Source: the human T2T-CHM13v2.0 reference genome, Homo sapiens
Assembly (NCBI RefSeq): GCF_009914755.1
Contig: NC_060928.1
Reading direction: 5' to 3' (one strand)
Length of the DNA: 64,000 bases
The notes below the pieces were generated by a model that worked only from the letters and a program-made list of their open reading frames with translations, did no database searches and was not told the DNA's origin. Below are positions 1 to 12,100 of the stretch, one piece after another (position 1 is the stretch's first letter; every line of letters begins with the position of its first letter). The position numbers and the translations under genes are program-made.

Positions 1-249
1 AACATTCACTTTGATAGAGCAGGTTTGAAACACTCATTCTGTAGTATCTGGAAGTGGACATTTCAAGCGCTTTCAGGCCTATGGTGAGAAAGGAAATATC
101 TTCGAATAAAAACTAGACAGAAGCATCCTCAGAAACTTATTTGTGATGTGTGTCCTCAACTAACAGAGTTGAAACTTTGTTTTGATACAGCATTTTGGAA
201 ACACTCTTTTTGTAGAATCTGCAGGTGGATATTTGGATAGCTTAGAGGG

Positions 250-266
250 ATTCGTTGGAAAGGGGA
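250..266 (+). promoter_or_regulatory. Degenerate CENP-B box, monomer 1 (repeats in each HOR)
   Basis: ATTCGTTGGAAAGGGGA: GGGG replaces the essential CGGG of NTTCGNNNNANNCGGGN. Confidence 0.85.
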
Positions 267-419
267 TATCTTCATATAAAATCTAGACAGAAGCATTCTC
301 AGAAACTTATTTGTGATGTGTGTCCTCAACTAACAGAGTTGAACCTTGGTTTTGATACAGCATTTTGGAAACGCTCCTTTTGTAGAATCTGCAGGTGGAT
401 ATGTGGATAGCTCTGAAGA

Positions 420-436
420 TTTCGTTGGAAACGGGA
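420..436 (+). promoter_or_regulatory. Intact CENP-B box, monomer 2 (repeats in each HOR)
   Basis: TTTCGTTGGAAACGGGA matches all 9 essential positions. Confidence 0.92.
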
Positions 437-760
437 ATTTCTTCATATAAAATCAAACAGAAGCATTCTCAGAAACTTCTCAGTGATGTTTGCATTCAGC
501 TCATGGAGTTGAACACTTCCTTTCATAGAACCGGTTTGAAACACTCTTTCTGCACTACCTGGAAGAGGACATTTCGAGCGCTTTGAGTCCTATGGTGAAA
601 AAGGAAATATCTTCTCATAAAAACCAGAAAGAAGCATTCTCAGAAACTTCTTTGTGTTGTGTGTACTCATGTAACAGTGTTGAACCATCCTTTTGACAGA
701 GCAGTTTTGAAACACTCTTTTTGTAGAATCTGCAAGTGGATATTTGGATAGCTTTGAGGA

Positions 761-777
761 TTTCGTTGGAAACGGGA
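761..777 (+). promoter_or_regulatory. Intact CENP-B box, monomer 4
   Basis: TTTCGTTGGAAACGGGA. Confidence 0.92.
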
Positions 778-1098
778 TGACATATAATATCTAGAGAGAA
801 GCATTCTCAGGAACTTCTTTGTGATGTTTGCATTCAAGTCACAGAATTGAACATTCCCTTTCATAGAGCAGGTTTGAAACACTCTTTCTCTAGTATCTGG
901 AAGTGGGCATTTCAAGCGCTTTCAGGCCTATGGAGAGAAAGGAAATACCTTCAAATGAAAACTAGACAGAAGCATTCTCAGAAACTTATTTGTGATGTGT
1001 GTCCTCAACTAACAGAGTTGAACCTTTGTTTTGATACAGCATTTTGGAAACACTCCTTTTGTAGAATCTGCAGGTGGATATTTGGATAACTTTGAAGA

Positions 1099-1115
1099 TT
1101 TCGTTGGAAACCGGA
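1099..1115 (+). promoter_or_regulatory. Degenerate CENP-B box, monomer 6
   Basis: TTTCGTTGGAAACCGGA: CCGG instead of CGGG. Confidence 0.85.
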
Positions 1116-1441
1116 ATATCTTCATATAAAATCAAGACAGAAGCATTCTCGGAAACATCTCTGTGATGTTTGCATTCAACTCAGTAGAGTTGAACACTTC
1201 CTTTCATAGAGCAGGTTTGAAACACTCTTTCTGCACTACCTGGAAGCGGACATTTCGAGCGCTTTGAGGCCTATGGTGAAAAAGGAAATATCTTCTCATA
1301 AAAACCAGAAAGAAGCATTCTCAGAAACTTCTTTGTGTTGTGTGTACTCAAGTAACAGTGTTGAACCTTCCTTTTGACACAGCAGTTTTGAAACACTCTT
1401 TTGGTAGAATCTGCAAGTGGATATTTGGATAGCTTTGAGGA

Positions 1442-1458
1442 TTTCGTTGGAAACGGGT
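1442..1458 (+). promoter_or_regulatory. Intact CENP-B box, monomer 8
   Basis: TTTCGTTGGAAACGGGT. Confidence 0.92.
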
Positions 1459-1611
1459 TATCTTCATATAAAATCCAGACAGGAGCATTCTCAGAAACTT
1501 CTTTGTGCTGCATGTCCTCAATTCACAGAGCTGAACCTTTGTTTGGATACAGCATTTTGGAAACATTCCTTTAGTAGAATCTGCAAGTTGATATTTAGAT
1601 AGCTTTGAAGA

Positions 1612-1628
1612 TTTCGTTGGAAACGGGA
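1612..1628 (+). promoter_or_regulatory. Intact CENP-B box, monomer 9
   Basis: TTTCGTTGGAAACGGGA. Confidence 0.92.
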
Positions 1629-1951
1629 ATATCTTCATAGAACATCTAGACGGAAGCATTCTCAGAAACTGCTTTGTGATGTTTGCATTCAAGTCACAGA
1701 GTTGAATATTCCCTTTTATAGAGTAGGTTTGAAACACTCTTTTGGCACTACCTGGAAGTGGATATTTCGAGCTCTTTGAGGCCTATGGTTAAAAGGAAAT
1801 ATCTTCCCATAAAAACTAGACAGAAGCCGTCTCAGAAACTTGTTTGTGATGTGTGTATTCAACTAACAGAGTTGAACATTTCTGTTACAGAGCAATTTTA
1901 AAACACTCTTTTTGTGGAATCTGAAAGTGGATAATTGGATAGCTTTGTGGA

Positions 1952-1968
1952 TTTCGTTGGAAACGGGA
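1952..1968 (+). promoter_or_regulatory. Intact CENP-B box, monomer 11
   Basis: TTTCGTTGGAAACGGGA. Confidence 0.92.
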
Positions 1969-2289
1969 TGACGTATAAAATCTAGAGAGAAGCATTCTCA
2001 GGAACTTCTTTGTGATGTTTGCATTCAAGTCACAGAATTGAACATTCCCTTTCATAGAGCAGGTTTGAAACACTCTTTCTCTAGTATCTGGAAGTGGGCA
2101 TTTCAAGCGCTTTCAGGCCTATGGAGAGAAAGGAAATACCTTCAAATAAAAACTAGACAGAAGCATTCTCAGAAACTTATTTGTGATGTGTGTCCTCAAC
2201 TAACAGAGTTGAACCTTTGTTTTGATACAGCATTTTGGAAACACTCCTTTTGTAGGATCTGCAGGTGGATATTTGGATAGATTTTAAGA

Positions 2290-2306
2290 TTTCGTTGGAA
2301 ACGGGA
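2290..2306 (+). promoter_or_regulatory. Intact CENP-B box, monomer 13 (mutated in H6 at 18454)
   Basis: TTTCGTTGGAAACGGGA. Confidence 0.92.
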
Positions 2307-2631
2307 GTTTCTTCATAGAAACTCAAGACAGATGCATTCTCAGAAACATCTCTGTGATGTTTGCATTCCACTCATAGATTTGAAAACTTCCTTTCATAGA
2401 GCAGGTTTGAAACACTCTTTTTGTAATATTTGGAAGTGGACATTTGCAGCGCTTTGAGGCCTATGGTGAAAAAGGAAATATCTTCTCATAAAAACCAGAA
2501 ACAAGCATTCTCAGAAACTTCTTTTTGATGTGTGTACTCAAGTAACAGAGTTGAACCTTCCTTTTGACACAGCAGTTTTGAAACAATCTTTTTGTAGAAT
2601 CTGCAAGTGGATATTTGGATAGCTTTGAGGA

Positions 2632-2648
2632 TTTCGTTGGAAACGGGA
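2632..2648 (+). promoter_or_regulatory. Intact CENP-B box, monomer 15
   Basis: TTTCGTTGGAAACGGGA. Confidence 0.92.
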
Positions 2649-2801
2649 TATCTTCATATAAAATCTAGACAGAAGCATTCTCAGAAACTTCTTTGTGCTG
2701 TATGTCCTCAATTAACAGAGTTGAACCATTGCTTGGATACAGCATTTTGGAAACATTCCTTGAGTAGAATCTGCAAGTTGATATTTAGATAGATTTGAAG
2801 A

Positions 2802-2818
2802 TTTCGTTGGAAAAGGGA
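2802..2818 (+). promoter_or_regulatory. Degenerate CENP-B box, monomer 16
   Basis: TTTCGTTGGAAAAGGGA: AGGG instead of CGGG; TTCA instead of TTCG in 8 other HOR copies. Confidence 0.85.
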
Positions 2819-3143
2819 ATATCTCCATATAAAATCTAGAGGGAAGCATTCTCAGAAACTGCTTTGTGATGTTTCCATTCAAGTCACAGAGTTGAATATT
2901 CCCTTTTATAGAGCACGTTTGAAACACTCTTTCTGCACTATCTGGAAGTGGACATTTCGAGCGCTTTGAGGCCTATGGTGAAAAAGGAAATATCTTCCCA
3001 TAAAAACTAGACAGAAGCATTCTCAGAAACTTGTTTGTGATGTGTGTATTCAACTAACAGAGTTGAACTTTTGTTTTTACAGAGCCGTTTTAAAACACTC
3101 TTTTTGTGGAATCAGAAAGTGGATATTCGGATGGCTCTGAGGA

Positions 3144-3160
3144 TTTCGTTGGAAGCGGGA
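3144..3160 (+). promoter_or_regulatory. Intact CENP-B box, monomer 18
   Basis: TTTCGTTGGAAGCGGGA; the variant base is at a non-essential position. Confidence 0.9.
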
Positions 3161-6100
3161 TTACATATAAAATCTAGAGAGAAGCATTCTCAGGAACTTC
3201 TTTGTGATGTTTGCATTGAAGTCACAGAATTGAACATTCACTTTGATAGAGCAGGTTTGAAACACTCATTCTGTAGTATCTGGAAGTGGACATTTCAAGC
3301 GCTTTCAGGCCTATGGTGAGAAAGGAAATATCTTCGAATAAAAACTAGACAGAAGCATCCTCAGAAACTTATTTGTGATGTGTGTCCTCAACTAACAGAG
3401 TTGAAACTTTGTTTTGATACAGCATTTTGGAAACACTCTTTTTGTAGAATCTGCAGGTGGATATTTGGATAGCTTAGAGGGATTCGTTGGAAAGGGGATA
3501 TCTTCATATAAAATCTAGACAGAAGCATTCTCAGAAACTTATTTGTGATGTGTGTCCTCAACTAACAGAGTTGAACCTTGGTTTTGATACAGCATTTTGG
3601 AAACACTCCTTTTGTAGAATCTGCAGGTGGATATGTGGATAGCTCTGAAGATTTCGTTGGAAACGGGAATTTCTTCATATAAAATCAAACAGAAGCATTC
3701 TCAGAAACTTCTCAGTGATGTTTGCATTCAGCTCATGGAGTTGAACACTTCCTTTCATAGAGCCGGTTTGAAACACTCTTTCTGCACTACCTGGAAGAGG
3801 ACATTTCGAGCGCTTTGAGTCCTATGGTGAAAAAGGAAATATCTTCTCATAAAAACCAGAAAGAAGCATTCTCAGAAACTTCTTTGTGTTGTGTGTACTC
3901 ATGTAACAGTGTTGAACCATCCTTTTGACAGAGCAGTTTTGAAACACTCTTTTTGTAGAATCTGCAAGTGGATATTTGGATAGCTTTGAGGATTTCGTTG
4001 GAAACGGGATGACATATAATATCTAGAGAGAAGCATACTCAGGAACTTCTTTGTGATGTTTGCATTCAAGTCACAGAATTGAACATTCCCTTTCATAGAG
4101 CAGGTTTGAAACACTCTTTCTCTAGTATCTGGAAGTGGGCATTTCAAGCGCTTTCAGGCCTATGGAGAGAAAGGAAATACCTTCAAATAAAAACTAGACA
4201 GAAGCATTCTCAGAAACTTATTTGTGATGTGTGTCCTCAACTAACAGAGTTGAACCTTTGTTTTGATACAGCATTTTGGAAACACTCCTTTTGTAGAATC
4301 TGCAGGTGGATATTTGGATAACTTTGAAGATTTCGTTGGAAACCGGAATATCTTCATATAAAATCAAGACAGAAGCATTCTCGGAAACATCTCTGTGATG
4401 TTTGCATTCAACTCAGTAGAGTTGAACACTTCCTTTCATAGAGCAGGTTTGAAACACTCTTTCTGCACTACCTGGAAGCGGACATTTCGAGCGCTTTGAG
4501 GCCTATGGTGAAAAAGGAAATATCTTCTCATAAAAACCAGAAAGAAGCATTCTCAGAAACTTCTTTGTGTTGTGTGTACTCAAGTAACAGTGTTGAACCT
4601 TCCTTTTGACACAGCAGTTTTGAAACACTCTTTTGGTAGAATCTGCAAGTGGATATTTGGATAGCTTTGAGGATTTCGTTGGAAACGGGTTATCTTCATA
4701 TAAAATCCAGACAGGAGCATTCTCAGAAACTTCTTTGTGCTGCATGTCCTCAATTCACAGAGCTGAACCTTTGTTTGGATACAGCATTTTGGAAACATTC
4801 CTTTAGTAGAATCTGCAAGTTGATATTTAGATAGCTTTGAAGATTTCGTTGGAAACGGGAATATCTTCATAGAAAATCTAGACGGAAGCATTCTCAGAAA
4901 CTGCTTTGTGATGTTTGCATTCAAGTCACAGAGTTGAATATTCCCTTTTATAGAGTAGGTTTGAAACACTCTTTCGGCACTACCTGGAAGTGGATATTTC
5001 GAGCTCTTTGAGGCCTATGGTTAAAAGGAAATATCTTCCCATAAAAACTAGACAGAAGCCGTCTCAGAAACTTGTTTGTGATGTGTGTATTCAACTAACA
5101 GAGTTGAACATTTCTGTTACAGAGCAATTTTAAAACACTCTTTTTGTGGAATCTGAAAGTGGATAATTGGATAGCTTTGTGGATTTCGTTGGAAACGGGA
5201 TGACGTATAAAATCTAGAGAGAAGCATTCTCAGGAACTTCTTTCTGATGTTTGCATTCAAGTCACAGAATTGAACATTCCTTTTCATAGTGCAGGTTTGA
5301 AACACTCTTTCTGTAGTATCTGGAAGTGGACATTTCAAGCGCTTTCAGGCCTACGGGGAGAAAGGAAATATCTTCAAATAAAAACGAGACAGAAGGATTC
5401 TCAGAAACTTATTTGTGATGTGTGTCCTAAACGAACACAGTTGAACCTTTGTTTTGATACAGCATTTTGGAAACACTCCTTTTGTAGGATCTGCAGGTGG
5501 ATATTTGGATAGATTTTAAGATTTCGTTGGAAACGGGAGTTTCTTCATAGAAACTCAAGACAGATGCATTCTCAGAAACATCTCTGTGATGTTTGCATTC
5601 CACTCATAGAGTTGAAAACTTCCTTTCATAGAGCAGGTTTGAAACACTCTTTTTGTAATATTTGGAACTGGACATTTGCAGCACTTTGAGGCCTATGGTG
5701 AAAAAGGAAATATCTTCTCATAAAAACCAGAAACAAGCATTCTCAGAAACTTCTTTTTGATGTGTGTACTCAAGTAACAGAGTTGAACCTTCCTTTTGAC
5801 ACAGCAGTTTTGAAACAATCTTTTTGTAGAATCTGCAAGTGGATATTTGGATAGCTTTGAGGATTTCGTTGGAAACGGGATATCTTCATATAAAATCTAG
5901 ACAGAAGCATTCTCAGAAACTTCTTTGTGCTGTATGCCCTCAATTAACAGAGTTGAACCATTGCTTGGATACAGCATTTTGGAAACATTCCTTGAGTAGA
6001 TTCTGCAAGTTGATATTTAGATAGATTTGAAGATTTCATTGGAAAAGGGAATATCTCCATATAAAATCTAGAGGGAAGCATTCTCAGAAACTGCTTTGTG

Positions 6101-9100
6101 ATGTTTCCATTCAAGTCACAGAGTTGAATATTCCCTTTTATAGAGCACGTTTGAAACACTCTTTCTGCACTATCTGGAAGTGGACATTTCGAGCGCTTTG
6201 AGGCCTATGGTGAAAAAGGAAATATCTTCCCATAAAAACTAGACAGAAGCATTCTCAGAAACTTGTTTGTGATGTGTGTATTCAACTAACAGAGTTGAAC
6301 TTTTGTTTTTACAGAGCCGTTTTAAAACACTCTTTTTGTGGAATCAGAAAGTGGATATTCGGATGGCTCTGAGGATTTCGTTGGAAGCGGGATTACATAT
6401 AAAATCTAGAGAGAAGCATTCTCAGGAACATCTTTGTGATGTTTGCATTGAAGTCACAGAATTGAACATTCACTTTGATAGAGCAGGTTTGAAACACTCA
6501 TTCTGTAGTATCTGGAAGTGGACATTTCAAGCGCTTTCAGGCCTATGGTGAGAAAGGAAATATCTTCGAATAAAAACTAGACAGAAGCATCCTCAGAAAC
6601 TTATTTGTGATGTGTGTCCTCAACTAACAGAGTTGAAACTTTGTTTTGATACAGCATTTTGGAAACACTCTTTTTGTAGAATCTGCAGGTGGATATTTGG
6701 ATAGCTTAGAGGGATTCGTTGGAAAGGGGATATCTTCATATAAAATCTAGACAGAAGCATTCTCAGAAACTTATTTGTGATGTGTGTCCTCAACTAACAG
6801 AGTTGAACCTTGGTTTTGATACAGCATTTTGGAAACGCTCCTTTTGTAGAATCTGCAGGTGGATATGTGGATAGCTCTGAAGATTTCGTTGGAAACGGGA
6901 ATTTCTTCATATAAAATCAAACAGAAGCATTCTCAGAAACTTCTCAGTGATGTTTGCATTCAGCTCATGGAGTTGAACACTTCCTTTCATAGAGCCGGTT
7001 TGAAACACTCTTTCTGCACTACCTGGAAGAGGACATTTCGAGCGCTTTGAGTCCTATGGTGAAAAAGGAAATATCTTCTCATAAAAACCAGAAAGAAGCA
7101 TTCTCAGAAACTTCTTTGTGTTGTGTGTACTCATGTAACAGTGTTGAACCATCCTTTTGACAGAGCAGTTTTGAAACACTCTTTTTGTAGAATCTGCAAG
7201 TGGATATTTGGATAGCTTTGAGGATTTCGTTGGAAACGGGATGACATATAATATCTAGAGAGAAGCATACTCAGGAACTTCTTTGTGATGTTTGCATTCA
7301 AGTCACAGAATTGAACATTCCCTTTCATAGAGCAGGTTTGAAACACTCTTTCTCTAGTATCTGGAAGTGGGCATTTCAAGCGCTTTCAGGCCTATGGAGA
7401 GAAAGGAAATACCTTCAAATAAAAACTAGACAGAAGCATTCTCAGAAACTTATTTGTGATATGTGTCCTCAACTAACAGAGTTGAACCTTTGTTTTGATA
7501 CAGCATTTTGGAAACACTCCTTTTGTAGAATCTGCAGGTGGATATTTGGATAACTTTGAAGATTTCGTTGGAAACCGGAATATCTTCATATAAAATCAAG
7601 ACAGAAGCATTCTCGGAAACATCTCTGTGATGTTTGCATTCAACTCAGTAGAGTTGAACACTTCCTTTCATAGAGCAGGTTTGAAACACTCTTTCTGCAC
7701 TACCTGGAAGCGGACATTTCGAGCGCTTTGAGGCCTATGGTGAAAAAGGAAATATCTTCTCATAAAAACCAGAAAGAAGCATTCTCAGAAACTTCTTTGT
7801 GTTGTGTGTACTCAAGTAACAGTGTTGAACCTTCCTTTTGACACAGCAGTTTTGAAACACTCTTTTGGTAGAATCTGCAAGTGGATATTTGGATAGCTTT
7901 GAGGATTTCGTTGGAAACGGGTTATCTTCATATAAAATCCAGACAGGAGCATTCTCAGAAACTTCTTTGTGCTGCATGTCCTCAATTCACAGAGCTGAAC
8001 CTTTGTTTGGATACAGCATTTTGGAAACATTCCTTTAGTAGAATCTGCAAGTTGATATTTAGATAGCTTTGAAGATTTCGTTGGAAACGGGAATATCTTC
8101 ATAGAAAATCTAGACGGAAGCATTCTCAGAAACTGCTTTGTGATGTTTGCATTCAAGTCACAGAGTTGAATATTCCCTTTTATAGAGTAGGTTTGAAACA
8201 CTCTTTCGGCACTACCTGGAAGTGGATATTTCGAGCTCTTTGAGGCCTATGGTTAAAAGGAAATATCTTCCCATAAAAACTAGACAGAAGCCGTCTCAGA
8301 AACTTGTTTGTGATGTGTGTATTCAACTAACAGAGTTGAACATTTCTGTTACAGAGCAATTTTAAAACACTCTTTTTGTGGAATCTGAAAGTGGATAATT
8401 GGATAGCTTTGTGGATTTCGTTGGAAACGGGATGACGTATAAAATCTAGAGAGAAGCATTCTCAGGAACTTCTTTCTGATGTTTGCATTCAAGTCACAGA
8501 ATTGAACATTCCTTTTCATAGTGCAGGTTTGAAACACTCTTTCTGTAGTATCTGGAAGTGGACATTTCAAGCGCTTTCAGGCCTACGGGGAGAAAGGAAA
8601 TATCTTCAAATAAAAACGAGACAGAAGGATTCTCAGAAACTTATTTGTGATGTGTGTCCTAAACGAACACAGTTGAACCTTTGTTTTGATACAGCATTTT
8701 GGAAACACTCCTTTTGTAGGATCTGCAGGTGGATATTTGGATAGATTTTAAGATTTCGTTGGAAACGGGAGTTTCTTCATAGAAACTCAAGACAGATGCA
8801 TTCTCAGAAACATCTCTGTGATGTTTGCATTCCACTCATAGAGTTGAAAACTTCCTTTCATAGAGCAGGTTTGAAACACTCTTTTTGTAATATTTGGAAC
8901 TGGACATTTGCAGCACTTTGAGGCCTATGGTGAAAAAGGAAATATCTTCTCATAAAAACCAGAAACAAGCATTCTCAGAAACTTCTTTTTGATGTGTGTA
9001 CTCAAGTAACAGAGTTGAACCTTCCTTTTGACACAGCAGTTTTGAAACAATCTTTTTGTAGAATCTGCAAGTGGATATTTGGATAGCTTTGAGGATTTCG

Positions 9101-12100
9101 TTGGAAACGGGATATCTTCATATAAAATCTAGACAGAAGCATTCTCAGAAACTTCTTTGTGCTGTATGCCCTCAATTAACAGAGTTGAACCATTGCTTGG
9201 ATACAGCATTTTGGAAACATTCCTTGAGTAGATTCTGCAAGTTGATATTTAGATAGATTTGAAGATTTCATTGGAAAAGGGAATATCTCCATATAAAATC
9301 TAGAGGGAAGCATTCTCAGAAACTGCTTTGTGATGTTTCCATTCAAGTCACAGAGTTGAATATTCCCTTTTATAGAGCACGTTTGAAACACTCTTTCTGC
9401 ACTATCTGGAAGTGGACATTTCGAGCGCTTTGAGGCCTATGGTGAAAAAGGAAATATCTTCCCATAAAAACTAGACAGAAGCATTCTCAGAAACTTGTTT
9501 GTGATGTGTGTATTCAACTAACAGAGTTGAACTTTTGTTTTTACAGAGCCGTTTTAAAACACTCTTTTTGTGGAATCAGAAAGTGGATATTCGGATGGCT
9601 CTGAGGATTTCGTTGGAAGCGGGATTACATATAAAATCTAGAGAGAAGCATTCTCAGGAACATCTTTGTGATGTTTGCATTGAAGTCACAGAATTGAACA
9701 TTCACTTTGATAGAGCAGGTTTGAAACACTCATTCTGTAGTATCTGGAAGTGGACATTTCAAGCGCTTTCAGGCCTATGGTGAGAAAGGAAATATCTTCG
9801 AATAAAAACTAGACAGAAGCATCCTCAGAAACTTATTTGTGATGTGTGTCCTCAACTAACAGAGTTGAAACTTTGTTTTGATACAGCATTTTGGAAACAC
9901 TCTTTTTGTAGAATCTGCAGGTGGATATTTGGATAGCTTAGAGGGATTCGTTGGAAAGGGGATATCTTCATATAAAATCTAGACAGAAGCATTCTCAGAA
10001 ACTTATTTGTGATGTGTGTCCTCAACTAACAGAGTTGAACCTTGGTTTTGATACAGCATTTTGGAAACACTCCTTTTGTAGAATCTGCAGGTGGATATGT
10101 GGATAGCTCTGAAGATTTCGTTGGAAACGGGAATTTCTTCATATAAAATCAAACAGAAGCATTCTCAGAAACTTCTCAGTGATGTTTGCATTCAGCTCAT
10201 GGAGTTGAACACTTCCTTTCATAGAGCCGGTTTGAAACACTCTTTCTGCACTACCTGGAAGAGGACATTTCGAGCGCTTTGAGTCCTATGGTGAAAAAGG
10301 AAATATCTTCTCATAAAAACCAGAAAGAAGCATTCTCAGAAACTTCTTTGTGTTGTGTGTACTCATGTAACAGTGTTGAACCATCCTTTTGACAGAGCAG
10401 TTTTGAAACACTCTTTTTGTAGAATCTGCAAGTGGATATTTGGATAGCTTTGAGGATTTCGTTGGAAACGGGATGACATATAATATCTAGAGAGAAGCAT
10501 ACTCAGGAACTTCTTTGTGATGTTTGCATTCAAGTCACAGAATTGAACATTCCCTTTCATAGAGCAGGTTTGAAACTCTCTTTCTCTAGTATCTGGAAGT
10601 GGGCATTTCAAGCGCTTTCAGGCCTATGGAGAGAAAGGAAATACCTTCAAATAAAAACTAGACAGAAGCATTCTCAGAAACTTATTTGTGATATGTGTCC
10701 TCAACTAACAGAGTTGAACCTTTGTTTTGATACAGCATTTTGGAAACACTCCTTTTGTAGAATCTGCAGGTGGATATTTGGATAACTTTGAAGATTTCGT
10801 TGGAAACCGGAATATCTTCATATAAAATCAAGACAGAAGCATTCTCGGAAACATCTCTGTGATGTTTGCATTCAACTCAGTAGAGTTGAACACTTCCTTT
10901 CATAGAGCAGGTTTGAAACACTCTTTCTGCACTACCTGGAAGCGGACATTTCGAGCGCTTTGAGGCCTATGGTGAAAAAGGAAATATCTTCTCATAAAAA
11001 CCAGAAAGAAGCATTCTCAGAAACTTCTTTGTGTTGTGTGTACTCAAGTAACAGTGTTGAACCTTCCTTTTGACACAGCAGTTTTGAAACACTCTTTTGG
11101 TAGAATCTGCAAGTGGATATTTGGATAGCTTTGAGGATTTCGTTGGAAACGGGTTATCTTCATATAAAATCCAGACAGGAGCATTCTCAGAAACTTCTTT
11201 GTGCTGCATGTCCTCAATTCACAGAGCTGAACCTTTGTTTGGATACAGCATTTTGGAAACATTCCTTTAGTAGAATCTGCAAGTTGATATTTAGATAGCT
11301 TTGAAGATTTCGTTGGAAACGGGAATATCTTCATAGAAAATCTAGACGGAAGCATTCTCAGAAACTGCTTTGTGATGTTTGCATTCAAGTCACAGAGTTG
11401 AATATTCCCTTTTATAGAGTAGGTTTGAAACACTCTTTCGGCACTACCTGGAAGTGGATATTTCGAGCTCTTTGAGGCCTATGGTTAAAAGGAAATATCT
11501 TCCCATAAAAACTAGACAGAAGCCGTCTCAGAAACTTGTTTGTGATGTGTGTATTCAACTAACAGAGTTGAACATTTCTGTTACAGAGCAATTTTAAAAC
11601 ACTCTTTTTGTGGAATCTGAAAGTGGATAATTGGATAGCTTTGTGGATTTCGTTGGAAACGGGATGACGTATAAAATCTAGAGAGAAGCATTCTCAGGAA
11701 CTTCTTTCTGATGTTTGCATTCAAGTCACAGAATTGAACATTCCTTTTCATAGTGCAGGTTTGAAACACTCTTTCTGTAGTATCTGGAAGTGGACATTTC
11801 AAGCGCTTTCAGGCCTACGGGGAGAAAGGAAATATCTTCAAATAAAAACGAGACAGAAGGATTCTCAGAAACTTATTTGTGATGTGTGTCCTAAACGAAC
11901 ACAGTTGAACCTTTGTTTTGATACAGCATTTTGGAAACACTCCTTTTGTAGGATCTGCAGGTGGATATTTGGATAGATTTTAAGATTTCGTTGGAAACGG
12001 GAGTTTCTTCATAGAAACTCAAGACAGATGCATTCTCAGAAACATCTCTGTGATGTTTGCATTCCACTCATAGAGTTGAAAACTTCCTTTCATAGAGCAG

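Larger units (their letters stand above)
124..3355 (+). repeat. Representative HOR unit H1: 19 monomers, type order BBABABABBABABABBABA
   Basis: Monomer starts: 124, 294, 464, 635, 802, 973, 1144, 1316, 1486, 1657, 1827, 1993, 2164, 2335, 2506, 2676, 2847, 3018, 3185; next unit starts at 3356. B = TTCGTTGGAA box, A = CCTATGG..AAAGGAAATA (pJalpha-type) box. Short 166-167 bp monomers start at 635, 1827 and 3018. Confidence 0.93.

Noticed and set aside
1769-1774. GAGCTC (SacI) once per HOR and other short palindromes (AGCGCT, AGGCCT, TCTAGA)
   Set aside because: Ordinary alpha-satellite restriction sites with no evidence of a special function.
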